This document shows positions 40,014 through 49,427 of a stretch of DNA of 58,020 nucleotides, one piece after another. The position numbers and the translations under genes are program-made. Origin of the DNA: Alphaproteobacteria bacterium (lineage in GTDB: Bacteria; Patescibacteriota; Minisyncoccia; Phycocordibacterales; JABAAK01); the NCBI GenBank assembly GCA_030054135.1, contig JASGCN010000003.1, positions 27,758-85,777 of the forward strand. The letters run 5' to 3'. The notes under the pieces were generated by a model. The model did no database searches and was not told the origin of the DNA. It saw nothing but the letters and a program-made list of their open reading frames with translations. Position 1 is the first letter of the stretch; every line of letters begins with the position of its first letter.

Positions 40014-40985
40014 CTACAAAATTGGTGTGATAGGTTTTTTACCTTTACAAACTGCTATTACATTGTCTGCAACAAGTTCAGCCATAGCCTGACGAGTTTC
40101 AACACTTGCTGAAGCAGTATGCGGTGTCAGGACTGTTCTCGTTGATTTTTTCAATTGAGCAGGTACATGTGGTTCATGTTCAAATACATCTAATCCGGCG
40201 GAAAAAATGTTTCCTTTATGCAGTGCAGATATAAGATTTTTTTCATTAATGATTGGCCCCCGTGCTGCGTTTACAATAATTGCATTTTTTTTCATTTTTT
40301 TAAATATTGAAGTATTGATTGAGTGAAATGTTGTTGACAACAATGGCAAATGTATTGAGAATATATCAGAAAGTGCTGCAAGACTTCTTACATTTTTAAT
40401 AAATTTTGCATTGCATTTTTTTTCTAAACTATGATTTCTTGTAATATCATAGTAATAGACATTCATATCAAAACCTTTGTGTAATATTTCAGCAACACGA
40501 GCACCGATGCGTCCTGCTCCTGCAATGCCTACTATTTTATTTTTTAAATCGTGGCCAAGAAGTAATTCTGGTTTCCATCCGCGAAATTTATTTTTTCTTA
40601 CATATTGATCTGATTCAATCAAACGAGTTGCGCACGCAAGTATAAGGGCTACAGTATGCTCCGCCACAGTATTGGTAAGTACGTCGGGTGTATTTGTTAC
40701 CACAATACCATTGTTGCGCGCGCGTGCAATATCAATATTATTAAATCCAACTGCATAATTTGCGCATACCTTTGTTCCTACTTTTTTTGCTACATCAAGC
40801 ACTGATGCGTTTATTTCGTCTACCAACAAAGAAACAATCGCCATTGGTTTATATTTTTGTAAAGCAAGAACAATTTCTTTTTCAGAGAGGGTTTCTTTTT
40901 TTAATACAGTAACATTAAATCCTTGTTTTTTTATTTTTTGTATTGCATTCGCTGGTATCGCATGTAAAAATAATACACGCTTCAT
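40014..40985 (-). CDS. D-isomer-specific 2-hydroxyacid dehydrogenase (glyoxylate reductase/D-glycerate dehydrogenase type)
   Basis: AVGFNNID, GAGRIG, NAARG, GLDVFEHEP, TPHTASA. Confidence 0.93.
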   Translation of the reverse strand: MKRVLFLHAIPANAIQKIKKQGFNVTVLKKETLSEKEIVLALQKYKPMAIVSLLVDEINASVLDVAKKVGTKVCANYAVGFNNIDIARARNNGIVVTNTPDVLTNTVAEHTVALILACATRLIESDQYVRKNKFRGWKPELLLGHDLKNKIVGIAGAGRIGARVAEILHKGFDMNVYYYDITRNHSLEKKCNAKFIKNVRSLAALSDIFSIHLPLLSTTFHSINTSIFKKMKKNAIIVNAARGPIINEKNLISALHKGNIFSAGLDVFEHEPHVPAQLKKSTRTVLTPHTASASVETRQAMAELVADNVIAVCKGKKPITPIL

Positions 40986-40988
40986 ATA

Positions 40989-41696
40989 TTAATTTTCTTT
41001 TTTATTTAATATTGCTAGTTCTTCTTTTAATTTTGCTAAACTTTCTTCAAAAGACATTTTTTTAGTCCCAACATGTGGCATAGGTGTTGTGTGCATGCCA
41101 TCTGTAGATGTATCAGTCATTCTGTTTTGTTCTTTGAGATGATTTTGTACGTCTTTTTCAAGAGATGAAAGTTGTTTTTCAATTAACGCAAAATAATCCT
41201 CTTGTGTGGAAGTGCTGTCATTTTTTTGTGGAGTATTAGTTTTTGGAGTAGTTATTTGTTTTTGTAAATCAGCAATTTCCTTTTCTAAATTTGTCAGTTC
41301 TTTCTCTAAAGCTGATATAGTACCATTACTTGGATTTGATGCATTGGTATCTTCATCTGAAGAGTCCATAGCAGCTTTTGCAAGCTCATTTTCTAAACGA
41401 GTAAGTGCTTGATCAAATTGTTCATCAGATAATCTCGTAGCACCATTTATTTTATAATTAAAGGCCCATTGTGAAGGGATTGTTATTTTTGCTTTATCTT
41501 CTGAAATTAATTCAAGAGTTTTATCTTCAGGAGAATAATTTTCTACGGTAAAATTTTTTTCAAAAAGTTCATGGAGAGAGCTTACTTTTGCAGAAGAGAG
41601 AAATGTTTCCAATAATGTATCAAAATATTGAACGATTGCTCGTTCATTATCTTTGTGGATGCGAACATTGGTTCCTATGGTGAATATTTTATTCAT
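40989..41696 (-). CDS. Hypothetical coiled-coil protein
   Basis: 235-aa ORF with several heptad-rich helices and low-complexity linkers. Confidence 0.7.
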   Translation of the reverse strand: MNKIFTIGTNVRIHKDNERAIVQYFDTLLETFLSSAKVSSLHELFEKNFTVENYSPEDKTLELISEDKAKITIPSQWAFNYKINGATRLSDEQFDQALTRLENELAKAAMDSSDEDTNASNPSNGTISALEKELTNLEKEIADLQKQITTPKTNTPQKNDSTSTQEDYFALIEKQLSSLEKDVQNHLKEQNRMTDTSTDGMHTTPMPHVGTKKMSFEESLAKLKEELAILNKKEN

Positions 41697-41766
41697 ACTA
41701 TTTATTTTGTATATACTTCTACAGTAGCATTACTTTCTTTTTAAAAATATATTTTAAAAAAGAGAT

Positions 41767-41775
41767 TGTGGATAA
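41767..41775 (-). promoter_or_regulatory. Single consensus DnaA box (TTATCCACA)
   Basis: TGTGGATAA on plus strand in the short intergenic gap after ychF, next to an AT-only tract. Confidence 0.45.
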
Positions 41776-41787
41776 CTTTTTTCAATG

Positions 41788-42864
41788 TTAGACACGAAAC
41801 TCTATAACATCTCCATCTGTAACAATATATTCTTTCCCTTCAACTCGAACTTTCCCTTGTGCACGAGCACCCGAATAGCCATGAGAGGCAAGTAAATCTG
41901 CACACGCGACTACCTCTGCTCGTATAAATTTTTTCTCAAAATCAGTGTGAATTGCACGCCCCGCTTGTGGAGCAGTTGACCCCGCAAGATATGTCCACGC
42001 CCGCGTTTCATCTTCCCCTGTGGTAAAATATGTTTGTAATTTTAATATACGATATGCTTCTGTAATAAGAGTATCCACACCATCCCCTTCAATACCAAGT
42101 TCTTTGCGTAATGTTTCTTTTTGTTCTTCTATTTCACTTAATTCTTGTTCATTTGCAACATCCACCACAACGCACGGTATATTTTTTTCTGTAGCGTATT
42201 TTCGTAATTCATTGAGTAAGTCATTGTTGGTGTTTGATGAGATATTCGCAACAAGAAGAGTTGGTTTGTGTGTTAAAAATCCCAATCCATTATATAAGGC
42301 GCGTTCTTCGGTGGAGATATCTGTATCATGCAATAGATCACCTGAGGAAAGTATGGTAACTGTTTTTTCTAATATGTCTTTTTCTACTATTGCTTCTTTT
42401 TTTCCTGCACGAACATCAGATGCCAATTTGTCTAATCTTTTTTGAGCAATTTGAATATCAGCAAGAGCTAGCTCTGCATTGATAATCCCGATATCTCTCA
42501 CTGGAGATGGAGCTCCTTCCACATGAATAATATCATTGTGATGATACGCCCGCACTACATGTGCAATAGCATCTACTTCTCGAATGTGAGATAAAAATGC
42601 GTTTCCTAACCCTTCTCCGTTTGATGCCCCGCGTACAAGCCCTGCAATATCAACAAACTGTACAGCTGCTGGAATTGTTTTTTTTGAATGTGATAGTTTA
42701 CTCAATGCTTCAAGACGAGTATCCGGAACAATTACCACTCCAACGGAAGGATCAATAGTACAAAAAGGAAAATTTTCTGCAGGGACTTTTTTTTTAGTGA
42801 GTGCATTAAAAAGAGTACTCTTTCCTGCATTTGGGAGACCAACAATACCAATAGAAAGATTCAT
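41788..42864 (-). CDS. ychF: Redox-regulated ATPase YchF
   Basis: GIVGLPNAGKSTLFNA, FCTIDP, DIAGLV, IHTDFE, DGDVIEF. Confidence 0.97.
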   Translation of the reverse strand: MNLSIGIVGLPNAGKSTLFNALTKKKVPAENFPFCTIDPSVGVVIVPDTRLEALSKLSHSKKTIPAAVQFVDIAGLVRGASNGEGLGNAFLSHIREVDAIAHVVRAYHHNDIIHVEGAPSPVRDIGIINAELALADIQIAQKRLDKLASDVRAGKKEAIVEKDILEKTVTILSSGDLLHDTDISTEERALYNGLGFLTHKPTLLVANISSNTNNDLLNELRKYATEKNIPCVVVDVANEQELSEIEEQKETLRKELGIEGDGVDTLITEAYRILKLQTYFTTGEDETRAWTYLAGSTAPQAGRAIHTDFEKKFIRAEVVACADLLASHGYSGARAQGKVRVEGKEYIVTDGDVIEFRV

Positions 42865-42870
42865 AACCAA

Positions 42871-43446
42871 TTATGCCCCTCTTGTGCCTAACAATTCAAT
42901 CTCCTTAAACCATTTTTTCTTTTGTGCATCAGTTGCTTTTTTTGTTGGCCCAATACATGAAACTTTTACAGGCCCCATTCCACAATCTTTTAAAATACCA
43001 TTTTTCAATTCGTTAGTGTAATCTCCTATACGCAAGCGAAGAAGAAATGGATGTTGATCCCCGCAAATGTTTATAATGCGTCCAGTTTTATTTTTGAGCA
43101 ACGGATGCATAGTGCCATCAATAAATTTAAATGCAAACCCTGGAAGCCAGCATCTATCGAACAATCCTTTTAATTTTGCAGGCATAGTACTCCACCAGTT
43201 TGCATACACAAACACCACATGGTCTGCTGCGCGTACTGCGGATTGAAACGCGAGTAAATCTTTCTCTAATGGTTGAATTACTTCGTATCCTTTTTCAAGT
43301 ATTGGATTAAATTGCATGTCCCACACTGAAAAAAATGATACTTTGTGCCCTTTTGCTATTGCGGCTGTTTCATACGCCTTTGCAAGAGCATATGTAAATG
43401 AAGTTGTATTCGGATTAGCAACCACAATTACAATTTTTTTATTCAT
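42871..43446 (-). CDS. NAD(P)H-dependent oxidoreductase, flavodoxin-like (Flavodoxin_2)
   Basis: ANP..SF, WWSTMPAKLKGLFDR, PGFAF. Confidence 0.9.
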   Translation of the reverse strand: MNKKIVIVVANPNTTSFTYALAKAYETAAIAKGHKVSFFSVWDMQFNPILEKGYEVIQPLEKDLLAFQSAVRAADHVVFVYANWWSTMPAKLKGLFDRCWLPGFAFKFIDGTMHPLLKNKTGRIINICGDQHPFLLRLRIGDYTNELKNGILKDCGMGPVKVSCIGPTKKATDAQKKKWFKEIELLGTRGA

Positions 43447-43451
43447 AGTAT

Positions 43452-43964
43452 TTAGCTATTACTATTTGGGCGCATTGATGGAATGATATGATAATGAATA
43501 AAAAACAGTACCACATACATCGCCAGTACTGTACCAATATATAACACAACTGGCAAAAACACTTGAACGATAACCCCATACGTTGCAATATAACTTGTGA
43601 GTACCCCCACCGCATACCAATTCCCTGCAATAAGTGGAACTCCTTCTTTTTGTCTAATAAATTTTTTGGTAAGTAAAAAAGAAATAAACACTTGTGTAAT
43701 TAAAATAAACAACAAAAGCCCGTATAGAAAAATTTCAGATGTTTTGTCTGTAATAGCAATAATAAAAGAAACTGCTACAATAATTCCTAAGAAAAAATGA
43801 AGCCAACGAATTGTTCGATACACGAGGTGAATATACGGCAATGCGTCACTATCTTTAATTATTCCGTGTTTGAGTGTGTATACATAATGAACCACTGCAA
43901 TGGTGGAAGACCCGACAAGAGCTCCCGTTACCATCGCCTGTAAAAAGAAAAGTCCTGCAATCAT
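43452..43964 (-). CDS. Multi-pass membrane hypothetical protein
   Basis: About 5 hydrophobic helices in 170 aa. Confidence 0.75.
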   Translation of the reverse strand: MIAGLFFLQAMVTGALVGSSTIAVVHYVYTLKHGIIKDSDALPYIHLVYRTIRWLHFFLGIIVAVSFIIAITDKTSEIFLYGLLLFILITQVFISFLLTKKFIRQKEGVPLIAGNWYAVGVLTSYIATYGVIVQVFLPVVLYIGTVLAMYVVLFFIHYHIIPSMRPNSNS

Positions 43965-43986
43965 AATACCATTCTATAATAACACA

Positions 43987-44268
43987 CTAGAGTCCTTGTG
44001 AAAGAATTTTTTGTAATTCTCCTTGATATTTTTTCATTACAGTAATACTTGCCAAAAACTCGTTCTGTCCTTGTGATTTAAGTGTTTCTATTTCTTTTGT
44101 TATTTTTTCAAAAAATTCAGGATGTGTTTCTATTGCTTTCATAATAATCTGCTGTTGATTTGCTGGGAGTGATGCCAATTGTTTTTTTAATAGCATTTTT
44201 GTTGCACCTTGTTTGGCACTATTCGCTGCTCCATGTACTGCATTTTTAATGTTAGATAGTAATCCCAT
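43987..44268 (-). CDS. Small helical hypothetical protein
   Basis: 93-aa ORF with -10 box TACCAT 6 nt before ATG. Confidence 0.7.
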   Translation of the reverse strand: MGLLSNIKNAVHGAANSAKQGATKMLLKKQLASLPANQQQIIMKAIETHPEFFEKITKEIETLKSQGQNEFLASITVMKKYQGELQKILSQGL

Positions 44269-44312
44269 TGCTATATGGTATCACAGATAAAAGACCTGTA
44301 CAATAACCACTA

Positions 44313-44383
44313 CAGGCCGTCTTATAGTGGTATTATGCGCCCATGGGGTGGGTGTGACGCGAGTTCGATTCTCGCCGGCCTGA
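44313..44383 (+). tRNA. tRNA-Pro(GGG), CCA not encoded
   Basis: CAGGCCG/CGGCCTG-A acceptor (C1:G72, A73), CGCCC-ATGGGGT-GGGTG anticodon arm, GCGAG-TTCGATT-CTCGC T-arm. Confidence 0.9.
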
Positions 44384-44527
44384 CTACAACGGTACGCATC
44401 TGTGTGTTCTGTATAATTATTGTTGATGTTTTTATTTTGTATCATCGTGTATTACATATTTATTTAAAAATAAAAAACAACAACGAAATGGATGTTACTA
44501 TAATTGTATATACAACAAGAAAGATAT

Positions 44528-45931
44528 ATGCAAAAAACAAGCAAACAAATTGTATACCCTATCATGCTCGTAACTGCATTGTGTGCTTTTTTAGGAGCGT
44601 TCATCGTCTATACATTTTTTTATATAACATACAAGGAAACTACTCATGCGCTTCTCAACACTACTTTGCGATATGTAGAATACGATGTTTCCTTGCGCAA
44701 TATTTCAAATGAAAAAATATCCAATACTCAAACAAACTCAAACATTGAGGCTCGAGAATACCTCGGAAAAACTGGAGAAGTGTATTTTGTTGCTGAAAAT
44801 GGCGAGCTATTAACTGAATCTCGATTCAATGTTCCTGTTGGTACATATATACATACCAAACAAACAAACGCATGCATTATGAATAAAGATCCTATAAAAA
44901 ATATGTATAGAGATTACCGCTCAGTATTTGTCATCGGATCATACACAAAAACCGTATATAAAAAAAATAGTATATGTATCATTGCTGAAATTGACTTTCT
45001 TGAAATAGTGACCCCATTTTTGAAAATTGTGATTATTATTTTTGTTTCTTTTAGTGGATTATGTTTCTTTATTTTTATTTCCATGATAAGTCGGTTGCGT
45101 ATCATTTTATCTCCTCTGTATTATATTCGTTCATTTGCGGAACGAGTTACCAAAGGAGAGTACGACATCGAGTATCGCCCACCAAGTATGCCAAAAAATG
45201 AAATAGGAGATTTATCAATTGATGTGGGAAGAATGATTGGTCGTTTTCAAGAAATAGACACAAAAAAAGACATTATTAGTACTACATCTCATGAGCTTCG
45301 CACCCCGCTCACTGTTACGAAAGGATATATCGATCTTATAGAAAAAGACTCTGCAACCACATTAAGTATTGAAAGTAAAAAATACCTGGCAGAAACAAAA
45401 AAACAAATCAACACATTGCTTATCTCCATTACAAACATTCTTAATATTAGAAAAACTGAAACAAGAAATATACCAGTGTATCCAACGCGTACCTCTATAC
45501 AACAAGCAATCGCCGATAGCTATACATCAATTCAAATACTTGCAACAAGTAAACACCAGGAGCTATTTTTGGATATACCTCACCCACATACAATGATTTC
45601 AATTGATACTAATATCCTAAAAAGAATTTTACTCAATGTTCTTTCAAATGCACATAAATATACGCAACAGTACGGACGCATTGTTCTTTCTGCTGATTAT
45701 GCACACGGCATACTCAGTATTGTGATACATGACAATGGCACGGGCATTCCTCTTGAAAAACAAAAAAATCTATTCTCACAATTCAAAAATTCAAGCGATA
45801 CTGTTACTTTAGAAAGTGCAGGCACAGGTCTCAATATTACTCAAAGGTTGGTAACGCTTCTCGGTGGAACCATCACCATTGCCTCTGAAGAAAAAAAAGG
45901 GACGCGGGTAACGATCACTTTGCCAGCGTAA
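44528..45931 (+). CDS. Sensor histidine kinase (TM-Cache-like-TM-HAMP-HisKA-HATPase)
   Basis: H box SHELRTPLT, N box NVLSNAHKY, DNGTGI, GTGL, LGGTI. Confidence 0.95.
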   Translation: MQKTSKQIVYPIMLVTALCAFLGAFIVYTFFYITYKETTHALLNTTLRYVEYDVSLRNISNEKISNTQTNSNIEAREYLGKTGEVYFVAENGELLTESRFNVPVGTYIHTKQTNACIMNKDPIKNMYRDYRSVFVIGSYTKTVYKKNSICIIAEIDFLEIVTPFLKIVIIIFVSFSGLCFFIFISMISRLRIILSPLYYIRSFAERVTKGEYDIEYRPPSMPKNEIGDLSIDVGRMIGRFQEIDTKKDIISTTSHELRTPLTVTKGYIDLIEKDSATTLSIESKKYLAETKKQINTLLISITNILNIRKTETRNIPVYPTRTSIQQAIADSYTSIQILATSKHQELFLDIPHPHTMISIDTNILKRILLNVLSNAHKYTQQYGRIVLSADYAHGILSIVIHDNGTGIPLEKQKNLFSQFKNSSDTVTLESAGTGLNITQRLVTLLGGTITIASEEKKGTRVTITLPA

Positions 45932-45962
45932 ATTGTGATACAATGTATATATAAACAACAAT

Positions 45963-46346
45963 ATGGAAAATAATAAAAGTATATATATCATCGAAGACAA
46001 CACAGCTTTGCAACAAATATATTCAATTTCATTTAAAAAAAATGGTTGGGAAGTGTATCAATCGTTTGATGGACTGCAGGCACTCACCGAAATATTTGAT
46101 GTTCACCCCACTGTTGTACTTCTTGATTTAATGATGCCAGAACTTGATGGATTTGAATTTTTAGAGACACTTAAAAAAAATACCTCCACTCCCCTTTTCA
46201 TTGTAGTGAATAGCAATCTCACTAGTGAACAAGATATACAAAAAGCAAAAATGTTAGGTGCTCACACATATCTCAAAAAATCTGAATACACAGGAGATCA
46301 ATTGGTGGAAAAAATAGAATCAATTCTTAAAACGCGTCGTTCTTAA
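45963..46346 (+). CDS. Stand-alone response regulator receiver
   Basis: IIEDN, LLDLMMP..DGF, SN, YLKK; no output domain. Confidence 0.93.
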   Translation: MENNKSIYIIEDNTALQQIYSISFKKNGWEVYQSFDGLQALTEIFDVHPTVVLLDLMMPELDGFEFLETLKKNTSTPLFIVVNSNLTSEQDIQKAKMLGAHTYLKKSEYTGDQLVEKIESILKTRRS

Positions 46347-46361
46347 TAATTTGAATACCCT

Positions 46362-46486
46362 TTAGTTGATACCATCAAAACTTTTCTGTTCGCAGTATTT
46401 TTTTATATACTTAATTTGGTTGATAATAAATTATCAGCTTCTTTTTGTTCTTCTGTTGATACTCTGGCGATGATTAATGATTTCAT
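46362..46486 (-). pseudogene. Serine recombinase N-terminal remnant (frameshifted, truncated)
   Basis: Not in ORF track. ATG 46486 reads MKSLIIARVSTEEQKEADNLLSTKLSI*; RVST..Q is the resolvase catalytic-Ser motif; KYCEQKSF continues in another frame. Confidence 0.85.
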
Positions 46487-46489
46487 TTT

Positions 46490-48814
46490 TTATAATACTG
46501 AAGAGTAAGGGAGTGCTTTTATATAATTTCTAATAAATACCCAATCAACTTCACCATCTTTTGTAGGAAGTTTAATGCTTCTTTCTTTTAATCTTGTCTG
46601 ACTTGCCTTTCTTCCATAATTATATCGGTACTGTTCTTTATTTATGACTGTCGTTATAAATAAAGCTATATATTTATCCATTTCAAATTTTGGTATAAGT
46701 TTCTCAACGTGGTCACTAGCTGAAAAATCAAAAGGCTGAAAAGAACAGTAACCTATGACCGCACTGTCTATTGCCAATACATTACCTTCTTCTGTTTTGT
46801 AGTCATAAAAACCCTCAATACCATTATTTGTTGCTTGAGTTGTAACAAAAGGATATTCTCCAACTCCACACTCCTCCAATTCTAGTAGAGGTGTTGTTTT
46901 ACTACCAGTTATCTCAAATAATTCTGATAGCGGGTAGCTTTTCCATTTATTTATATCTAGAATAATTTCACTCTTTATTTCTGGATTATAAATTACATCT
47001 TTTATTTTATTGCTTGATAAAAGGAAAGACATATAAGTTACTATACTTTTGTTAAAATCCTCAACTCTAATTTTAGAGTAGTCAGTTTCCATATAAGCCT
47101 CAGCACACCATTCATCAGACGAGGTCACCGTTCTGGTTACACTAAAACCAGCTTTTTCCTCTCTGTTCATATAAGAGTTTATCCATTCATCTTTTATTTC
47201 TTTTTCAAATTTTGAATGTAAGTCAACTCTTCCTTTAGTCTTTCTCTTTACAAAACCGTCATTTTTATAATAACCGAAGTAAACCTTTTTATTTTTTGGG
47301 TGAGGTCTTTTTGCTGTAAAAACCATAATACAAGAAACAACACCAACCTTAGAATTAAAGAACAATTCGTCTGGCATAGAGAAAACAGCTTCGAGAGTAT
47401 GATTTTCTAGAACTTTAGTTTTGAACTCTAAAACTTTCCCAGTTTGAGCTAAAGCTGATTGCATAGGGATAATTGCAACACATTTGCCCCCTTGTTCTAA
47501 ACAATCCAAATTATTTATAATAAATTCATATTCATCAACATCATTTTTCTTGTCTGATTTATATGGCGGATTTAGAAGTCCTACATTCGGCTTGTAACTC
47601 TTTACTTCTTCAAGAATTTCTTCATCAAAACAACTTCCATTAAGTATATTACTTTTACCATCTTGATGTATGAACATATTTGAACAAGCGAGAGCAAATA
47701 TATGAGCCTGATACTCAATACCGATAAGTTGATTTTTCTTTATGCTTTTTATTATTTCTTGGTCACCCTTAGCGTCTTTTATCATTAAGTTCATCGCACT
47801 AACAAGAAATCCGCCAGTACCAGTACAATTGTCGTACACAACACTATTTTTATTTACTTCAGCTAACTCAGACATAAATTCAGTAATATGCGGTGGTGTT
47901 AATACTATACCTAATCCCTTATCACTGTTTGCATATCTTAAAAATTCTATATATAGTTGAGCTAACACATCAAAATATTCGTGTGTTTTTATGAAATCTT
48001 TTATATTTTCATTTATATCAGTAATAATATCCCTTAACACACTGTCTTTTTTAGATAAGGAAGTATCTGTTTTTATAAATTCAAAGCGACTAGTTAAAAT
48101 TATCAGTTTATTTTCTCCAATATTTCCATTCTGAAACTCATTTTTAACAGTTGTTACTAAATAATCAGCAAGTTGTTTTGGGTCAGGATAATCTTTATAA
48201 GACCTTGAGAAAGTTTTGTTCTCCAACGCAATTAGAATACAGCTTATGAGTAAACCTCTGTCACTCTCAACAATCTTATGTTTATGAAGTTTATCATTTA
48301 AGTCTTTTGAAAAATCAAGCAGTTTTTCATAATCTTGTCTAAATTTTTCAGGACTTTTTATGTAACCATTAAGGTATTCTTCAGGCGATAGTAGTTTATT
48401 TGAAAAAATTGACACCGCTTTTTTATCACCCTTAATTTGTAAGTGATGTGATATTTTTTTATTTTCCTCATTCTCACCACTCACAGCGATAGAAAGTACA
48501 TCAAATTCTTTCGCTAAATATGAACTATATAGCAAAGCTCCATCAACCGAGAAATCTTTATATTTATCCCTATTTTCACTTTCGTGTTTTGTTATATCAG
48601 CCTTGCATTCTACAACTATTATGAAGTCTGGATTATTTTTGTATTGAATTATGAATTCTGGGTAACCGCCACCATTACCACTTTTTGAAGCAGTTGCAAG
48701 AAGTTTTTTTATTTTTGGATTATCAGAAGACTGTTCTTCAACAATAATGTCTTGAAGAAAATTGTCAAAATGTCTACGAACTATATTTTCTGTTTTTCTT
48801 TCGTTTAATGACAT
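46490..48814 (-). CDS. Fused restriction-modification enzyme (BcgI-alpha-like nuclease + N6-adenine methyltransferase + one HsdS-like TRD)
   Basis: YPEFII...ECK nuclease motif; LTPPH, DNCTGTGGFL, LNPPY; C-terminal YPFVT..ATNNG, YNYGRK. Confidence 0.9.
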   Translation of the reverse strand: MSLNERKTENIVRRHFDNFLQDIIVEEQSSDNPKIKKLLATASKSGNGGGYPEFIIQYKNNPDFIIVVECKADITKHESENRDKYKDFSVDGALLYSSYLAKEFDVLSIAVSGENEENKKISHHLQIKGDKKAVSIFSNKLLSPEEYLNGYIKSPEKFRQDYEKLLDFSKDLNDKLHKHKIVESDRGLLISCILIALENKTFSRSYKDYPDPKQLADYLVTTVKNEFQNGNIGENKLIILTSRFEFIKTDTSLSKKDSVLRDIITDINENIKDFIKTHEYFDVLAQLYIEFLRYANSDKGLGIVLTPPHITEFMSELAEVNKNSVVYDNCTGTGGFLVSAMNLMIKDAKGDQEIIKSIKKNQLIGIEYQAHIFALACSNMFIHQDGKSNILNGSCFDEEILEEVKSYKPNVGLLNPPYKSDKKNDVDEYEFIINNLDCLEQGGKCVAIIPMQSALAQTGKVLEFKTKVLENHTLEAVFSMPDELFFNSKVGVVSCIMVFTAKRPHPKNKKVYFGYYKNDGFVKRKTKGRVDLHSKFEKEIKDEWINSYMNREEKAGFSVTRTVTSSDEWCAEAYMETDYSKIRVEDFNKSIVTYMSFLLSSNKIKDVIYNPEIKSEIILDINKWKSYPLSELFEITGSKTTPLLELEECGVGEYPFVTTQATNNGIEGFYDYKTEEGNVLAIDSAVIGYCSFQPFDFSASDHVEKLIPKFEMDKYIALFITTVINKEQYRYNYGRKASQTRLKERSIKLPTKDGEVDWVFIRNYIKALPYSSVL

Positions 48815-48818
48815 ATGA

Positions 48819-49004
48819 TTATTTCGTTATAACTTTTTTAAGAAAAGCGTTAAACTCGTCTTTGTCTATCCTGAACTCTTTACCGATTTTATAAGCCTTG
48901 AGACGACTTGCTTTTATGTAGCGGTAGATGGTCATAATGTTGACCTCTAATTTTTCAGCAAGTTCTTCAGTTTTGTAAAACTCTTTTGTATTTTTTTCTT
49001 TCAT
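48819..49004 (-). CDS. Excisionase-family (HTH_17/MerR-like) DNA-binding protein
   Basis: FY.TEELAEKLEVN.MTIYRYIK..RLKAYKIGKEFRI. Confidence 0.88.
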   Translation of the reverse strand: MKEKNTKEFYKTEELAEKLEVNIMTIYRYIKASRLKAYKIGKEFRIDKDEFNAFLKKVITK

Positions 49005-49145
49005 AATAAGATTATTTATCTAAGTCTTACTTAGTTATATTATACTTTACACCACTTTATATAACAATTTTCAATCAGTAAAAATCTTTTTATACTTAAT
49101 ATAATACAAATGATAAAGATACATCATGGTTTTTTAGCGATGAAA

Positions 49146-49222
49146 TGGTGGACCCTGCCGGAATTGAACCGGCGACCTCCAGAGTGCAAAACTGGCGCTC
49201 TAGCCAACTGAGCTAAGGGCCC
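49146..49222 (-). tRNA. tRNA-Ala(TGC)
   Basis: Reverse complement GGGCCCTTAGCTCAGTTGGCTAGAGCGCCAGTTTTGCACTCTGGAGGTCGCCGGTTCAATTCCGGCAGGGTCCACCA; G3:U70. Confidence 0.97.
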
Positions 49223-49427
49223 GAATTTTTTGGCTTTGTAATAATTAAACACATTACTTGTGTGATGACCAGTGAGCGCCAGTTTTGAAAACTGTCGTCA
49301 TTAGATACCGCTTACGCTTGGCCAACAGAAGCTAAGGGCCCGAATTTTTTGGCTTTGTAATAATTAAACACATTACTTGTGTGATGACCAGTGACGCCAG
49401 TTTTGAAAACTGTCGTCATTAGATACC
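49211..49427. repeat. Near-perfect direct repeat, 49211-49309 and 49330-49427
   Basis: AGCTAAGGGCCCGAATTTTTTGG...TTAGATACC twice, differing by one indel; includes the first 12 nt of tRNA-Ala. Confidence 0.95.

Larger units (their letters stand above)
46362..49145 (-). mobile_element. Decayed integrative element at the 3' end of tRNA-Ala carrying an R-M gene
   Basis: tRNA 3' end, then excisionase-like HTH, R-M enzyme and serine-recombinase remnant; left boundary approximate; no att duplication found. Confidence 0.65.

Noticed and set aside
41730..41780. Possible replication origin
   Set aside because: Only one DnaA box, no dnaA or dnaN nearby, and gene orientation does not switch.
44291..44323. 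Inverted repeat AAGACCTGTA...TACAGGCCGTCTT overlapping the tRNA-Pro 5' end
   Set aside because: Short and bulged; the left arm overlaps the likely -10 box (TACAAT) and so is probably not transcribed.
44275..44712. 145-aa ORF
   Set aside because: Overlaps tRNA-Pro and, out of frame, the histidine kinase start.
49211..49427. Possible CRISPR array (a Cas4-like gene is in the window)
   Set aside because: Only two copies of about 99 bp, no repeat-spacer pattern, no cas1 or cas2.
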